64,000 nt of DNA from Candidatus Moanibacter sp. GTDB lineage: Bacteria > Verrucomicrobiota > Verrucomicrobiia > Opitutales > UBA2987. Within the stretch, counting starts at the first letter, position 1; every line of letters begins with the position of its first letter. The DNA lies in NCBI GenBank assembly GCA_965215885.1, contig CBDCEW010000083.1:6117-70116 (forward strand). Reading direction: 5' to 3'. Shown in pieces: positions 19,014 to 28,697 of the stretch. Position numbers and translations under genes: made by a program. The notes under the pieces were generated by a model that did not search any database, had not been told where the DNA came from, and was given only the letters and a program-made list of their open reading frames with translations.

Positions 19014-20934
19014 CTAGACCTTATCCGAAAAGCTACTGATTGGCCGCAAAGAGGCGCAAAAGGCGCAAGAAAAACTTGAGAAAAATCATTTTTGGCTTGA
19101 TAAAAAGTGTCGCAACATGCTAGTGTTTAACAACTTAAGATTAAGAAAGGAGTTAAACATGCCAACATGTGCGACAGAGGAGAACAAAAGCGATAAGACG
19201 CCCCTTAGCAACCTCATTCTGCCGGTTCCAGACACGGATTTCCGTGATTTTCTGGATGAAGTTGAAGAATTGGCCGGGTTCGCGGCGCAAATCATCGAGG
19301 CGATCGAGAAGGATCTGGACGCCCATGCGCGTGAGAAGAAGAAACTTCGATTGGAAGATCGCAGGTTCTTTGAAGGGCGCACAGCGGAGCTGCCGGAGCT
19401 GGACATCGAGGAGGAGAATATTCTGGCTGCTGAATTGAATCTTGGGGCAGGCCGGCCGCGGATGCCGGCTTATGCGGTATACGTGTTCGTGATGATTCGA
19501 GGGTTTCTGGGTTCGTTGACCACGAAACCGGCACGGCGGTTTGTGCGCGAGTCGATGAGCTTGTACGGATTTTTGCAGAGCGGGGGACTGAGAATGCCGG
19601 CGGTGACGACGATTCTGGAGAACGTGAACCTGGTCAGCCATACGACCCGCGAGTTGATCTTTGATAAACAGATTGGGTTTATCCTCCAGGAGCAATGGGA
19701 CGATTTCGGGAAGCTGACGATCGACAGCACCTCGGTGAAAGCAAACAGCTGCTGGCCCACCGATGGGAAGATTCTGAGCGGTCTTTTGATGCGGGCCAAT
19801 CGTTTGGGTCAGAAGTTGCATGTCTTCGGGCTGGAGGATTTTCGCAAGGGATGGGTTGGGCGTTGGCTGGAGGAAATGGACAAGCTGGAGTTTCAGATTT
19901 GTCTGGCCGCGGGCAAACCGAAGTCGAAGGGCAAGCTGAAGAAACACTACCGGCGGTTGCTCAAGCGGGGCCGCAAGGCGGCCGACTCACTAACGGGGGA
20001 ACTGAGCCATCTTGAAGAGGGCCTGTCGATGGATTCACTGCCTCCCACTCGCCGGGAGCTTCTGGAGCGGGCATTGAGCCAGATCAGGGGTGATATTGCC
20101 GACGCCAAGCGGGTTGTTGAGTATGCTCATGATCGGGTGTTTCACGAAAAGAAGCTACCGTCCACACAGAAGGTCCTGAGCCTCTCGGACGGATCGGCGG
20201 CCTACATCAAGAAGGGCAGCCGCAATCCAGTGATCGGGTACAAGCCACAACTGGTTCGCAGCGAAAACGGTTTTGTCACCAGCCTGATCGTACCGCAAGG
20301 CAACGCGGCAGACTCCATTGAGCTGGCGCCGGCCATCGGCGATTCGATCAAGCGCACCGGTGTCATTGCTGAACTGGTCAGCACCGATGACGGATATGCT
20401 TCGGCGAAGGGACGCAAGGAGGTGCTGAGCATGGGGGTAAAGCAGATCAGTATCAGTGGGGCGAAGGGCAAGAAGTTGACCACCCCCGAGGACTGGGAGA
20501 GCGAGGCGTATCGCGAGGCACGCCGCGATCGCTCCGCAGTGGAGTCGCTGATGTTCACGATTAAAGATGGATTTGCCTTTGGCGAACTCGGCCGCCGCGG
20601 CATCGATGCGGTAGGCGATGAACTGCTCGAGAAGGTTCTGGCCTACAACTTCTGCCGCATCATACTGATGAAGAAACGCCGAGGGGAGGAACTGGAACAG
20701 GCAGCCTGAATCTGACCGCTTTGAAGCTCAGAGAAAAAAGCACCACGGGATGAGTATGCCTCCAGACAGCGGCAAATATACGTATTGTGCAGCAAGCCAC
20801 GCCGATGGCCGCTCAATACCTGCTCATCGGCAGCGCCGGCAGCCTAAAACCCGAAACCTGCCAGCCATAGGCTGGTCCGCCCGTGGCGGAGAACCTTAAA
20901 CCGCCCGCTCGAAAGGCTTTTCGAATGGGGTCTA
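19014..20934 (+). mobile_element. IS element with IS5/IS1182-like DDE transposase (ends tentative)
   Basis: CTAGACCTTATCCGAAAAGC (19014-19033) matches the reverse complement of 20916-20934 (TAGACCCCATTCGAAAAGC) at about 14/17 over the core. The element fills the whole gap between the receptor start (19006) and the enolase-family stop (20955). Confidence 0.45.
19159..20709 (+). CDS. DDE transposase (IS5/IS1182-like)
   Basis: ATG 19159 is preceded by AAGGAG (19147-19152). Candidate DDE blocks are LTIDSTSVKAN, VSTDDGYASAKG and RSAVESLMFTIKDGFAFGELGRRG. Confidence 0.8.
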   Translation: MPTCATEENKSDKTPLSNLILPVPDTDFRDFLDEVEELAGFAAQIIEAIEKDLDAHAREKKKLRLEDRRFFEGRTAELPELDIEEENILAAELNLGAGRPRMPAYAVYVFVMIRGFLGSLTTKPARRFVRESMSLYGFLQSGGLRMPAVTTILENVNLVSHTTRELIFDKQIGFILQEQWDDFGKLTIDSTSVKANSCWPTDGKILSGLLMRANRLGQKLHVFGLEDFRKGWVGRWLEEMDKLEFQICLAAGKPKSKGKLKKHYRRLLKRGRKAADSLTGELSHLEEGLSMDSLPPTRRELLERALSQIRGDIADAKRVVEYAHDRVFHEKKLPSTQKVLSLSDGSAAYIKKGSRNPVIGYKPQLVRSENGFVTSLIVPQGNAADSIELAPAIGDSIKRTGVIAELVSTDDGYASAKGRKEVLSMGVKQISISGAKGKKLTTPEDWESEAYREARRDRSAVESLMFTIKDGFAFGELGRRGIDAVGDELLEKVLAYNFCRIILMKKRRGEELEQAA

Positions 20935-20954
20935 TCTAGAGGCTGTTCGGAGGC

Positions 20955-22151
20955 TTACCCATTCAAGTCCGCCCGGTTCCTGGGCGGATGCGCCCGAATC
21001 GCATCCTCGTTCAGGTCCGTTCCCCACCCGGGACCGGAAGGTAAACTCAATTGCCCGTCCTCAATTTCCGGCACCGTTGTCACGATATCATCTTTCCAGG
21101 GCACATCGTCGATATCGATCTCCATGATCCGAAAATTCGGCACCGCAGCGCAAAAATGGGCGCTCATGAGTGTGCTGAGGTGCCCATAGAAATTATGAGG
21201 CGCTACATTGACCTCGTAGGCCTCAGCCATGGCGGCGATTTTTAGCGCCTGCCAGATTCCATTCCAGGGCACATCGATTATAGCCACGTCCATCGCGTAC
21301 TCTTCAAAATACGGTTTGAAGCCTCGCAATCCGTATAATGACTCGCACGACGCCAATGGTGTGCGGACCGCATTCCGAATCAGCCTTAATGACGCAGGAT
21401 CGAAGATGTCGATCTCAAACCATGCAAGACCGAGATCGTCGAGCGCCCGGACCACTTTGAGAAAGCCCTCCGTCTTGAAATTGAAATTCAGGTCGAGGTG
21501 TATCCCTATATCTGGCCCTGTCCCTTCCCGGAATGCGACGAGTTGCGCCCGCAGCGCATCGACGACTGCCTTATCCGCGTTCAGCTCCGGCCAACCCGGC
21601 GTCTTCGCAAAGCCGGGCACATGAAACCTGGACTCGCCTTCGAACACCAAAATGTTCGTTTTCCGCGCCTTAAACCCACGCTCCCCTACTTCTTGCCCCA
21701 AAGCCATGATGTCTTCCAAACCCCGAAGCTGCGGCCGCCCGATGATTGCAGCCTTGTCCTCAGCCATGCTATAGGTGCCACAGTGTGACCAATAAAGTGG
21801 CAGGCGATCCCGGATGGCCCCGCCAAGCAGGTCGCATACTCGTACATCCAACGACCGAGCCTTGATGTCCACCAGAGCATTTTCGATTGCGGCAATCGCC
21901 TGCTGCGTCATGCCTCCGGGCGCCTGCCGGGTTACCGCATACAATTGCAGGCTCAGCCGCTCATGCGCACATGGGTCGCACCCGATGATACGCTCGGCCA
22001 GGCGTTCGATCACACCGGAGAGTCCCGGGCTTCCATAGCACTCGTTGTATTCGGCGATGCCGGTCAGGCCCTCGTCAGTCGTCAGTTTCAGAAACGAAAA
22101 TACCCGCCATCCCGCATCGCAATGCAACGTCTCATAACCGGTAAGCTTCAT
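20955..22151 (-). CDS. Enolase-superfamily enzyme (mandelate racemase/muconate-lactonizing family, sugar-acid dehydratase-like)
   Basis: 398-aa ORF with blocks FLKLTTDEGLTGIAE and AIENALVDIKARSLDVRVCDLLGG. Confidence 0.85.
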   Translation of the reverse strand: MKLTGYETLHCDAGWRVFSFLKLTTDEGLTGIAEYNECYGSPGLSGVIERLAERIIGCDPCAHERLSLQLYAVTRQAPGGMTQQAIAAIENALVDIKARSLDVRVCDLLGGAIRDRLPLYWSHCGTYSMAEDKAAIIGRPQLRGLEDIMALGQEVGERGFKARKTNILVFEGESRFHVPGFAKTPGWPELNADKAVVDALRAQLVAFREGTGPDIGIHLDLNFNFKTEGFLKVVRALDDLGLAWFEIDIFDPASLRLIRNAVRTPLASCESLYGLRGFKPYFEEYAMDVAIIDVPWNGIWQALKIAAMAEAYEVNVAPHNFYGHLSTLMSAHFCAAVPNFRIMEIDIDDVPWKDDIVTTVPEIEDGQLSLPSGPGWGTDLNEDAIRAHPPRNRADLNG

Positions 22152-22642
22152 ACCTGATTTCGCGACTGGCTAACGACTCATGTCAAACTGCAAGAAGGAC
22201 TTCCAGAGAAAAGCCCGACACGTCAAAGTCACAGTTCCAACAATAAACTGCAAGGGCGAAGGGGTTTGCCCTATCCCGCCCCGAGGAATTACACCTCCTA
22301 TTTCAGGGGACCGTAAGATGACACCCCAAAACCCGTAGCCGGACGACTTCGTCGTTCGGTCCATCCCTATTTGACTCCCGGTCGCTACTGGAGAGAGGCG
22401 CAACAATTTCAATCAGACGTTCCTCAACATGGCCACCTTTCAATTCTAGAACACGATGATGATCGCGACAGAATGTCGAACCGATTTCCCCTCTTGAAAG
22501 AATCCGCGGTGTTCTCTGTTTCCTTCTGTTCAATTCTTTTCTCTTTGTAAGAGCTTTCCAGTTCGGTTACGAATAAAGGATTGAGCACCGAAGCGCTCAA
22601 AAAAGATCGACAATTCCCCTTCTTCACCTCTCGAATCGCAAC

Positions 22643-23548
22643 ATGAAAATCCGTCTGGTCACAATCCGATCTGCCTTTTATTCGCCTGTAATCGTTACCG
22701 CGAGGTTGTTTCTAGATCCTGAAAATCTCGAAAGTGAACTGGTCTTTCGCGACGAGGAGCAGTCAAAACCGCCGCCGACTGATGACACCATCGTAATCGA
22801 GCAGATGGCGCCTTCCGCAAGCATGGTTCAATTGTCGAAAGGGAACTCGTCCGTGCCCATCCATATTGCCTCCATCAATACACGCGACGGCTTCTACCTC
22901 GTGACCCGTGAGCCGAGCGAATCTTTCGACTTGAAAGATCTCGAAGGCAGCACATTCGTGCCCGCCAGCTTTGCCGTTCAGCCTGAGGCTTGCCTGCGTT
23001 TCTGTCTGCATCTGCACGGCGTCGATGCCTCAAAGATTACCTTCGTTCGCGGTCTCGACGGCATGGATGCCGCTCAACAGGCGTTTCGAACCGGACAGGG
23101 CGAATATGTCCACTTGCAGGATCCTTTGGCCGAAGAGCTGGTGCACGAAGGGCTCGGCCACAAGGTCGCTTCCGTCGGCCGCCTCTTGGGTCCGATCTCC
23201 TTCAGTACGCTGCAAGTACAGCCTCAGACGATTTCCGATCACGGCGAGTTTCTGGTCACATTTCTGCAGGCCTATCGGAACGCCCTCTCGTGGATGTCCG
23301 ACCAGAGTCCCTCGGAGATTGCTTCCTTCCTGGCCGAACATTTTCCGAATTCCAGCGAATCGGTCGTAGAGGTTGCCATCCAGGGTTACAAAAGCATCGA
23401 AACCTGGCCGCGTTCCCCGATCATTGAACGCTCCCACTATCAGCGAGCCGCGCAGATGTTTACGCAGCAGTCTGATTTAACCGGCGTAACCGAATCTTAT
23501 CCCTACGAAACCTGCTGCAACGATGAATTGGCTCTGCAGGTCTTGTAG
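22643..23548 (+). CDS. Hypothetical protein, possibly type-II periplasmic-binding-protein fold (NMT1/SsuA-like) without signal peptide
   Basis: 301-aa ORF with no competing ORF. The fold assignment is only an impression from the sequence pattern. Confidence 0.5.
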   Translation: MKIRLVTIRSAFYSPVIVTARLFLDPENLESELVFRDEEQSKPPPTDDTIVIEQMAPSASMVQLSKGNSSVPIHIASINTRDGFYLVTREPSESFDLKDLEGSTFVPASFAVQPEACLRFCLHLHGVDASKITFVRGLDGMDAAQQAFRTGQGEYVHLQDPLAEELVHEGLGHKVASVGRLLGPISFSTLQVQPQTISDHGEFLVTFLQAYRNALSWMSDQSPSEIASFLAEHFPNSSESVVEVAIQGYKSIETWPRSPIIERSHYQRAAQMFTQQSDLTGVTESYPYETCCNDELALQVL

Positions 23549-23908
23549 ACTTGAGTCTGTGGTTATTTTCAACGGTGGGAGTCCGTCGAACCTACCGCGG
23601 ATCAAACTGAAGGACACCCTTAATAGCGTTCTCCTCGTCCCGCTCAGCGAGACTACCGGGAAACTACGGCTCTTTGCCCTGGCGAATGTTGTGTCGTCCT
23701 AGGAAGTGATTTTTGGTACACTGTCCCGAAGCCCCGACTTGCTCAATGTCTCCTTCGCGAATCGTAATCCTCAATGAAATTCGACCGGTTCGAGCGAATT
23801 CACTCGAAACTTCCACTGCGCCCGGCTCGTATCGGCCCCTCCCGCAGTCGCCGGGTACCCAGAAATCGGCGACCGTCTCTCACTCAAATCGGTCTCTCAG
23901 CAAACAGC

Positions 23909-25018
23909 TCACTCCCCCTCGAATTCGCGAATCAACTGTTTTAGGTCGTCCGCCGAGATTTCTCGACTCCAGCCTTCCAGCTTTGCCCGTGTTCCTATTT
24001 CATCCATAAGATAAAGCGCTCGCAGCCATTTCTCAGAAACTTCGTTGGTCGCTTCCACTACAGCCTCCAAAGCGTCACTCCCGTAGGTCACGCCATGATA
24101 CGCTGAATAACGATCGCGGATGGAGAGAATTCCCTTCAATATTCCAGCTGGTTCTAGAGGACCTACACGCACTTCGCGAAAGCAATGGATAAGATCGACA
24201 CAAACCTGTCTGCAGTAGGACATCGCCGCTGGGGTTGCACCCGTGATGACTTGGAGGTCACCATTTTCGAGAGCCGGCACAACCAGCGAACCCCTTGTCT
24301 GCGCCTCAATATCGGCTAGATCGGCCAAACTCGGCAAAAATAAGAAAATACCGCCTCTTTGCTGAATCTCCCGTATGAGGGTATCTACTCTTTCCTCCAA
24401 CTGACCCCGATATTTTACGCCAGCAAGAATGCTCGGCCTTCCATATCCAAGCCCCCACGCGCGTTTTCCCGGCATTGACCCTGGCATGCGACTCAGTTCG
24501 CAGACCAGTCCCTCGAGAACCCGTTTGATCTCGCTTCCATTTGAATGGGACAACACGACACTATTCCGGCTCATCCGGGCCGTTGCCTGGAATATCGCTT
24601 CAAAATCCCGATCACGTTCCGGTGCCTGGTCCAGTTGACCCTCCCTCGCGAGAAGAGTCAAATCCCTGCAGAAATGCTCGACTAAAGCTCCCTTTCCTCG
24701 CGGATATTCCTCCACGGGGGCTGCAGCAGTCCCACCATCTCTGTCAACTGCTATCGCCTCTCTTTCAACGCCCGGCATTAGGCTCCCACGATCGGCCGTT
24801 GCCAGTTCAACCAATTCGTCCCCGATTTCTCTAGAACGACCGGGATCAAGGTACTGCGCCCAACGCAAGATCACCCGATCGTCGGGAGGATTCCGCTTCC
24901 CCCGCTCAATATCCGATAGATAGGCCGACGATATCCCACAGGTCGCAGCAAAACGACTCTGCAATACCTGGCCCTCTTTTCTCAATTCACGAAGCCGACT
25001 TCCAAACGTTCCTGCCAT
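23909..25018 (-). CDS. XRE-family HTH fused to a degenerate Clp-type AAA+ (D1-like) module
   Basis: The N-terminus LRELRKEGQVLQSRFAATCGISSAYLSDIERGKRNP is an XRE HTH. Residues from about 115 to 360 are collinear with ClpA/B/C D1 (DLTLLAREGQLD, ILAGVKYRGQLEERV, GDLQVITGATP, LSIRDRYSAYHGVTYGSDALEAVVE). The Walker A position reads SHSNGSEI and the Walker B position reads FLFLPS. Confidence 0.75.
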   Translation of the reverse strand: MAGTFGSRLRELRKEGQVLQSRFAATCGISSAYLSDIERGKRNPPDDRVILRWAQYLDPGRSREIGDELVELATADRGSLMPGVEREAIAVDRDGGTAAAPVEEYPRGKGALVEHFCRDLTLLAREGQLDQAPERDRDFEAIFQATARMSRNSVVLSHSNGSEIKRVLEGLVCELSRMPGSMPGKRAWGLGYGRPSILAGVKYRGQLEERVDTLIREIQQRGGIFLFLPSLADLADIEAQTRGSLVVPALENGDLQVITGATPAAMSYCRQVCVDLIHCFREVRVGPLEPAGILKGILSIRDRYSAYHGVTYGSDALEAVVEATNEVSEKWLRALYLMDEIGTRAKLEGWSREISADDLKQLIREFEGE

Positions 25019-25067
25019 ATCTCTCCTCCCGAGAATATTTTCAAATTGCCTCCATCAATATTAGCAA

Positions 25068-25143
25068 ATAAGCTTATATCTTAGTAAAAGTTAAAGGAAC
25101 TTTTTTCATTATGTCGCATTTAACCCCAAAAATAGTAAGCTTA
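25068..25143. promoter_or_regulatory. Two TAAGCTTA-centred palindromes upstream of the XRE-Clp gene (candidate operators)
   Basis: ATAAGCTTAT at 25068-25077 and TAAGCTTA at 25136-25143 lie in the AT-rich divergent promoter region, 50-125 nt upstream of the start at 25018. Confidence 0.25.
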
Positions 25144-25203
25144 ATAGCTATCTAATAGTAGGACAATCCCCAAAAAACAGGGACAGGCAATCTATTTGCT
25201 TCA

Positions 25204-25268
25204 GGGATTTCCGCGTTCGCAAGAACGTGGTCGCGGAACCCGAATCGACGAGATTTTTGGCAGAATCC
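25204..25268. repeat. Family-E half element
   Basis: CCGCGTTCGCAAGAACGTGGTCGCGGAACCCG...TTTTTGGCAGAATCC parallels the right half of the 59946-60093 element. Confidence 0.5.
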
Positions 25269-25659
25269 TATATTTTCTCCCTTTGAAGTATCTCGTTCAT
25301 TTATGAGATTGATCACTTTCCCTCCCCAAGCATCAAGATCCTCCCGCATCTGTCGGAATTATCTGCACTTCTTCCCAATGAAGGTGCTGCCAGGCTCTCC
25401 GATTCCCTCAGCTTCTCACCGATCAATTGAACGCTCCTCTTTCGCAGTGCGTGAACCATCATCCAGTGATACACAGCACTACGTCCATTAATTCTACATT
25501 CGATGTTAATACAAAACAGAATTAAGTATCATTCCTGGCAAAATAGGATAATAAGCCCTAATTCTTATCGTTTTCGTTTTCGAAAGGAAGATACGACAAT
25601 GCCTGTTTTTACTGATAATCTTGCAACCCTGCGGGATGTGGTGTCCTCTGAGGAACAAA

Positions 25660-26541
25660 ATGAGAAAGCGGGTAAACCGAGCGGTCGAGCTGTTGGAACA
25701 GGATCAGCCTATCTATTACATTGGGTCCCATAGCGGTCATGTGCTGACTCGCGAGCAAGGCAAGGAGGACGCCTCGACCTGGGCGGACTACATCAACGTC
25801 GGGATGGAGCATGGGTCTTTCAATATGGGCGGACTGGACGAGTATATGGCAGGATTGATCGAAGGAGGACCCACACGCAGTGGGCATCGTACTCCGGCGA
25901 TCATCGTGGAAGCGCCGGTGGAGGGTAGGACAAAGGAGATGATTCAATTCAACGCCTGGCAGTTTCGTCAGATTCTGGCCCGGGGCGTCCACGGAATTCT
26001 GCTCTGCCAGGCGGAGTCGCCGGCGGCGGTTCGCACCTTCGTGCAATCCTGCCGCTACCCCATCAACCGCCTCGGAGTGGGAAAGCGATTGGGAATCGGA
26101 ACCCGTGGAGTCGGATCCGAGGGCTCGGCGGCGCCTGTCTGGGGATTGGACCGGGATGAGTACCTCGCTCGGGCGGATCCGTGGCCGCTCAATTCGGATG
26201 GAGAGTTGCTGTTGGGCCTCAAGATCGAATCGGCTGCTGCGATACCTCATATTGAAGATATTCTGGCCGTGCCTGGAATCGGCTTTGCGGAAATGGGGCC
26301 GGGTGATATGAGTCTTTCATTGGGCTATCGGCAGGTTCCACGACCTCTGCCAGAGGAGATGCTCAAAGCTCGCAGCCGGGTATTGGCGGCCTGCAAGGCG
26401 AATGGGGTCGCATTTCTTGAGGGTTCAGATCCAAAGAAGGTCAAGGAGCTTATAAAAGAAGGAGCAATGGTGATCGCCGGTGCGAAGGAAGAAACCGCAA
26501 TTATCGGGCGAGAATTTACATCGCGGCAGATGCCGGTTTGA
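25660..26541 (+). CDS. HpcH/HpaI-family aldolase
   Basis: ORF 25621..26541. ATG 25660 is preceded by AGGA. Supporting blocks are ILARGVHGILLCQAES, CRYP, GLKIESAAAIPHIEDILAVPGIGFAEMGPGDMSLSLG. Confidence 0.8.
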   Translation: MRKRVNRAVELLEQDQPIYYIGSHSGHVLTREQGKEDASTWADYINVGMEHGSFNMGGLDEYMAGLIEGGPTRSGHRTPAIIVEAPVEGRTKEMIQFNAWQFRQILARGVHGILLCQAESPAAVRTFVQSCRYPINRLGVGKRLGIGTRGVGSEGSAAPVWGLDRDEYLARADPWPLNSDGELLLGLKIESAAAIPHIEDILAVPGIGFAEMGPGDMSLSLGYRQVPRPLPEEMLKARSRVLAACKANGVAFLEGSDPKKVKELIKEGAMVIAGAKEETAIIGREFTSRQMPV

Positions 26542-27095
26542 GCAGTAATTCGGAATCTCAATCGCTAATCGAACTGCCAATAGTTTACGAAATCGGGATC
26601 AATAAAATCCTTAATGCGGCTTCTTAACAAGATCCTTAGATCTGATCAATTTTCTCCCGCCAATATTCTGTCCCCACCAACGGTGGGCATCCGAAACAGT
26701 AACTCGATTACTGCCCAACGTTTCGGTTCAAGCTCATCGAGATACTCGTCTACCGAATCAGCTTTGCTCTGTACCATCTGCGTTTCAAAAATGGTTAGGA
26801 CCCAGATTACTTCCGCCAATCACGTTGAGGCGGTGAATTGATCGTTCAAGGAAAAGACTACGGTTGCGAGCACGTTTTCCTAATGCGGCCATCGGGAAGA
26901 AGACCCGTGCGCATCAATGGCGTTTCAGGCAGACCGAGGGATACACTTAAATAATAGGCCTGACCCTGTCTCAACAGATTCGCCTCGACATGCAGCATCC
27001 AATCTACGAACCTCAGAGGAACCCCATGGCGGACGAAAGGAATGAGATAGGCGGACCGATCGACGGCACGCCTCGAGACAAACGCGGGTTCTGAA

Positions 27096-27851
27096 ATGAG
27101 TTCACCCAACAAGGTCGCAATCGTTACAGGAGCCGGATCCGGCATTGGCAAGCGGACATCGCTTGCTCTTCTGCGGGAGGGGTATTCCGTTGTTCTGGCC
27201 GGTCGTCGCGTAGAGGCTTTGGAAATGACAGCTGAGGAGGCGTCAGCCGACTCGCGAGCGCTGGTGGTACCCACGGACGTTACGGATGTTGCCTCCGTTC
27301 GAGCCCTGTTCGCCAAAACAAAGGAGACCTTTGGTCGGCTCGACTTACTCTTTAATAATGCGGGAACCGGGGCGCCGCGAATACTTCTGGAAGACCTGAC
27401 CTACGAGCAATGGAAAGAGGTAGTTGAAACCAACCTGACCGGCACGTTCCTGTGCACCCAAGAAGCGTTCAAGATTATGAAAGATCAGCAACCCAGGGGC
27501 GGGCGTATCATCAACAACGGCTCAGTATCGGCGCACGTGCCACGCGTAAACTCCTCGCCTTATGTGGCCACTAAGCATGCCATAACGGGTCTGACGAAAT
27601 CGACCTCTCTTGATGGACGCAAGTACAATATTGCGTGCGGGCAGATCGATATTGGCAACACGGCGACCGAAATGACCGAACGAATGAAGAAGGGGGTTCC
27701 GCAGGCCAATGGATCTGTAACGGTTGAGCCAAGAATGGATACCGATGATGTGGCACGTGCTGTCATCTATATGGCAAGTCTTCCCCTGGGTGCGAATGTG
27801 CAGTTTATGACCGTCATGGCGACGAAGATGCCCTACATCGGACGAGGTTGA
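27096..27851 (+). CDS. Short-chain dehydrogenase/reductase (SDR)
   Basis: Contains [20 protein letters not shown] and the catalytic YVATKHA. Confidence 0.85.
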   Translation: MSSPNKVAIVTGAGSGIGKRTSLALLREGYSVVLAGRRVEALEMTAEEASADSRALVVPTDVTDVASVRALFAKTKETFGRLDLLFNNAGTGAPRILLEDLTYEQWKEVVETNLTGTFLCTQEAFKIMKDQQPRGGRIINNGSVSAHVPRVNSSPYVATKHAITGLTKSTSLDGRKYNIACGQIDIGNTATEMTERMKKGVPQANGSVTVEPRMDTDDVARAVIYMASLPLGANVQFMTVMATKMPYIGRG

Positions 27852-27915
27852 CCACAACACCGGCTTTTGCATTCGCGTGTGAGACCGGCCCTTCGGCAAG
27901 TTCGAAGCTAGGAAG

Positions 27916-28089
27916 ATGCAGATTACGGTCGGAAGGGATCTCGCCGTTACCCAGAATTATGAGAAGGGAGAGAATACCGATGAGGAAGGAAAAATCCGGA
28001 AAGTTTCAATTCGTGCGACCAACGTATATCGGAAAGAGGACGGAGAGTGGAAAATGATCGGGCATCACACCGATTTGTTGCCGTTTTAG
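27916..28089 (+). pseudogene. Possible SnoaL/DUF4440-like C-terminal remnant (57 codons)
   Basis: MQITVGRDLAVTQNYEKGEN...IRATNVYRKEDGEWKMIGHHTDLLPF reads like the last beta-strands of an NTF2-like protein. An in-frame stop lies at 27880, so only about half a domain is present. Confidence 0.3.
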
Positions 28090-28697
28090 GGAACTAAAGC
28101 CTCGAGCATCCGCTTGAGGGCTAGCATACCGGGATCATCGCGGCCGATTGTCTTCTCCCCGAAAATCCGGGCCCGGCCCACTTTGCAGGGCTGATCTCGA
28201 AATTGGTCCAGGGCTTGATCAACCGCCTTATTGGCCTGTTCGATCATGGCGCCGGGATCGGAGTGTCCGGTTATCGCCTTACCGACCGAATCCAGAGCAT
28301 CGAGGATTGTCTTGTCACCCAGTCGGGCCTGACTTCGCTTCGACATGCCCGCCACCGCCTCGACTACCAGGTCACCCGTTTCACTCCATGCCACCTCCGT
28401 CCGCCCTCTGGTCTTCCTGGCCGCGGCCATAAGACCAGTTGCCAGCAACGTCCCTAGGGTGGATCCGGACACTCGCGTAAAAGCCTGGGCACATTTCATG
28501 AAGGCCATACCCAAATCCTCCGGAAGGTTCGGTAAATCGTCCTTTAATGATCGCGTGCCCCGAACCATCGTTACCCCGAGGTCGCCATCGCCAATAGCGC
28601 CGTCTGCCCGGTTGAGCTCATCGGCCACCGTCTCAATGTGCTCGATGATCTTCCCAAAACCAGTACGCAAGCTCGCCGTAGTAAGCCCTTTGCTCAT
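28086..28697 (-). CDS. dhaL: Dihydroxyacetone kinase, ADP-binding subunit L
   Basis: Contains the DGAIGDGDLGVTM motif. The internal ATG at 28697 forms an ATGA overlap with the dhaK stop. Confidence 0.85.
   Translation of the reverse strand: MSKGLTTASLRTGFGKIIEHIETVADELNRADGAIGDGDLGVTMVRGTRSLKDDLPNLPEDLGMAFMKCAQAFTRVSGSTLGTLLATGLMAAARKTRGRTEVAWSETGDLVVEAVAGMSKRSQARLGDKTILDALDSVGKAITGHSDPGAMIEQANKAVDQALDQFRDQPCKVGRARIFGEKTIGRDDPGMLALKRMLEALVP

Noticed and set aside
20710-20934. Cobalamin or other riboswitch upstream of the BtuB-sized receptor (also 19007-19116)
   Set aside because: I compared the region by eye with the B12-box and core consensus and with the TPP consensus. Only short GC-rich hairpins are present and there are no conserved boxes. 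An Infernal scan would be the decisive test.
25503-26250. ORFs 25503..25733 (+) and 25609..26250 (-) around the aldolase start
   Set aside because: They overlap the HpcH/HpaI-family gene, which has clear motifs and an RBS-preceded ATG at 25660.
26646-26777. 43-codon minus-strand ORF MVQSKADSVDEYLDELEPKRWAVIELL… resembling the N-terminus of YdhG/DUF1801 proteins
   Set aside because: It is too short, and the downstream sequence does not continue the domain in any frame. At best it is a relic.
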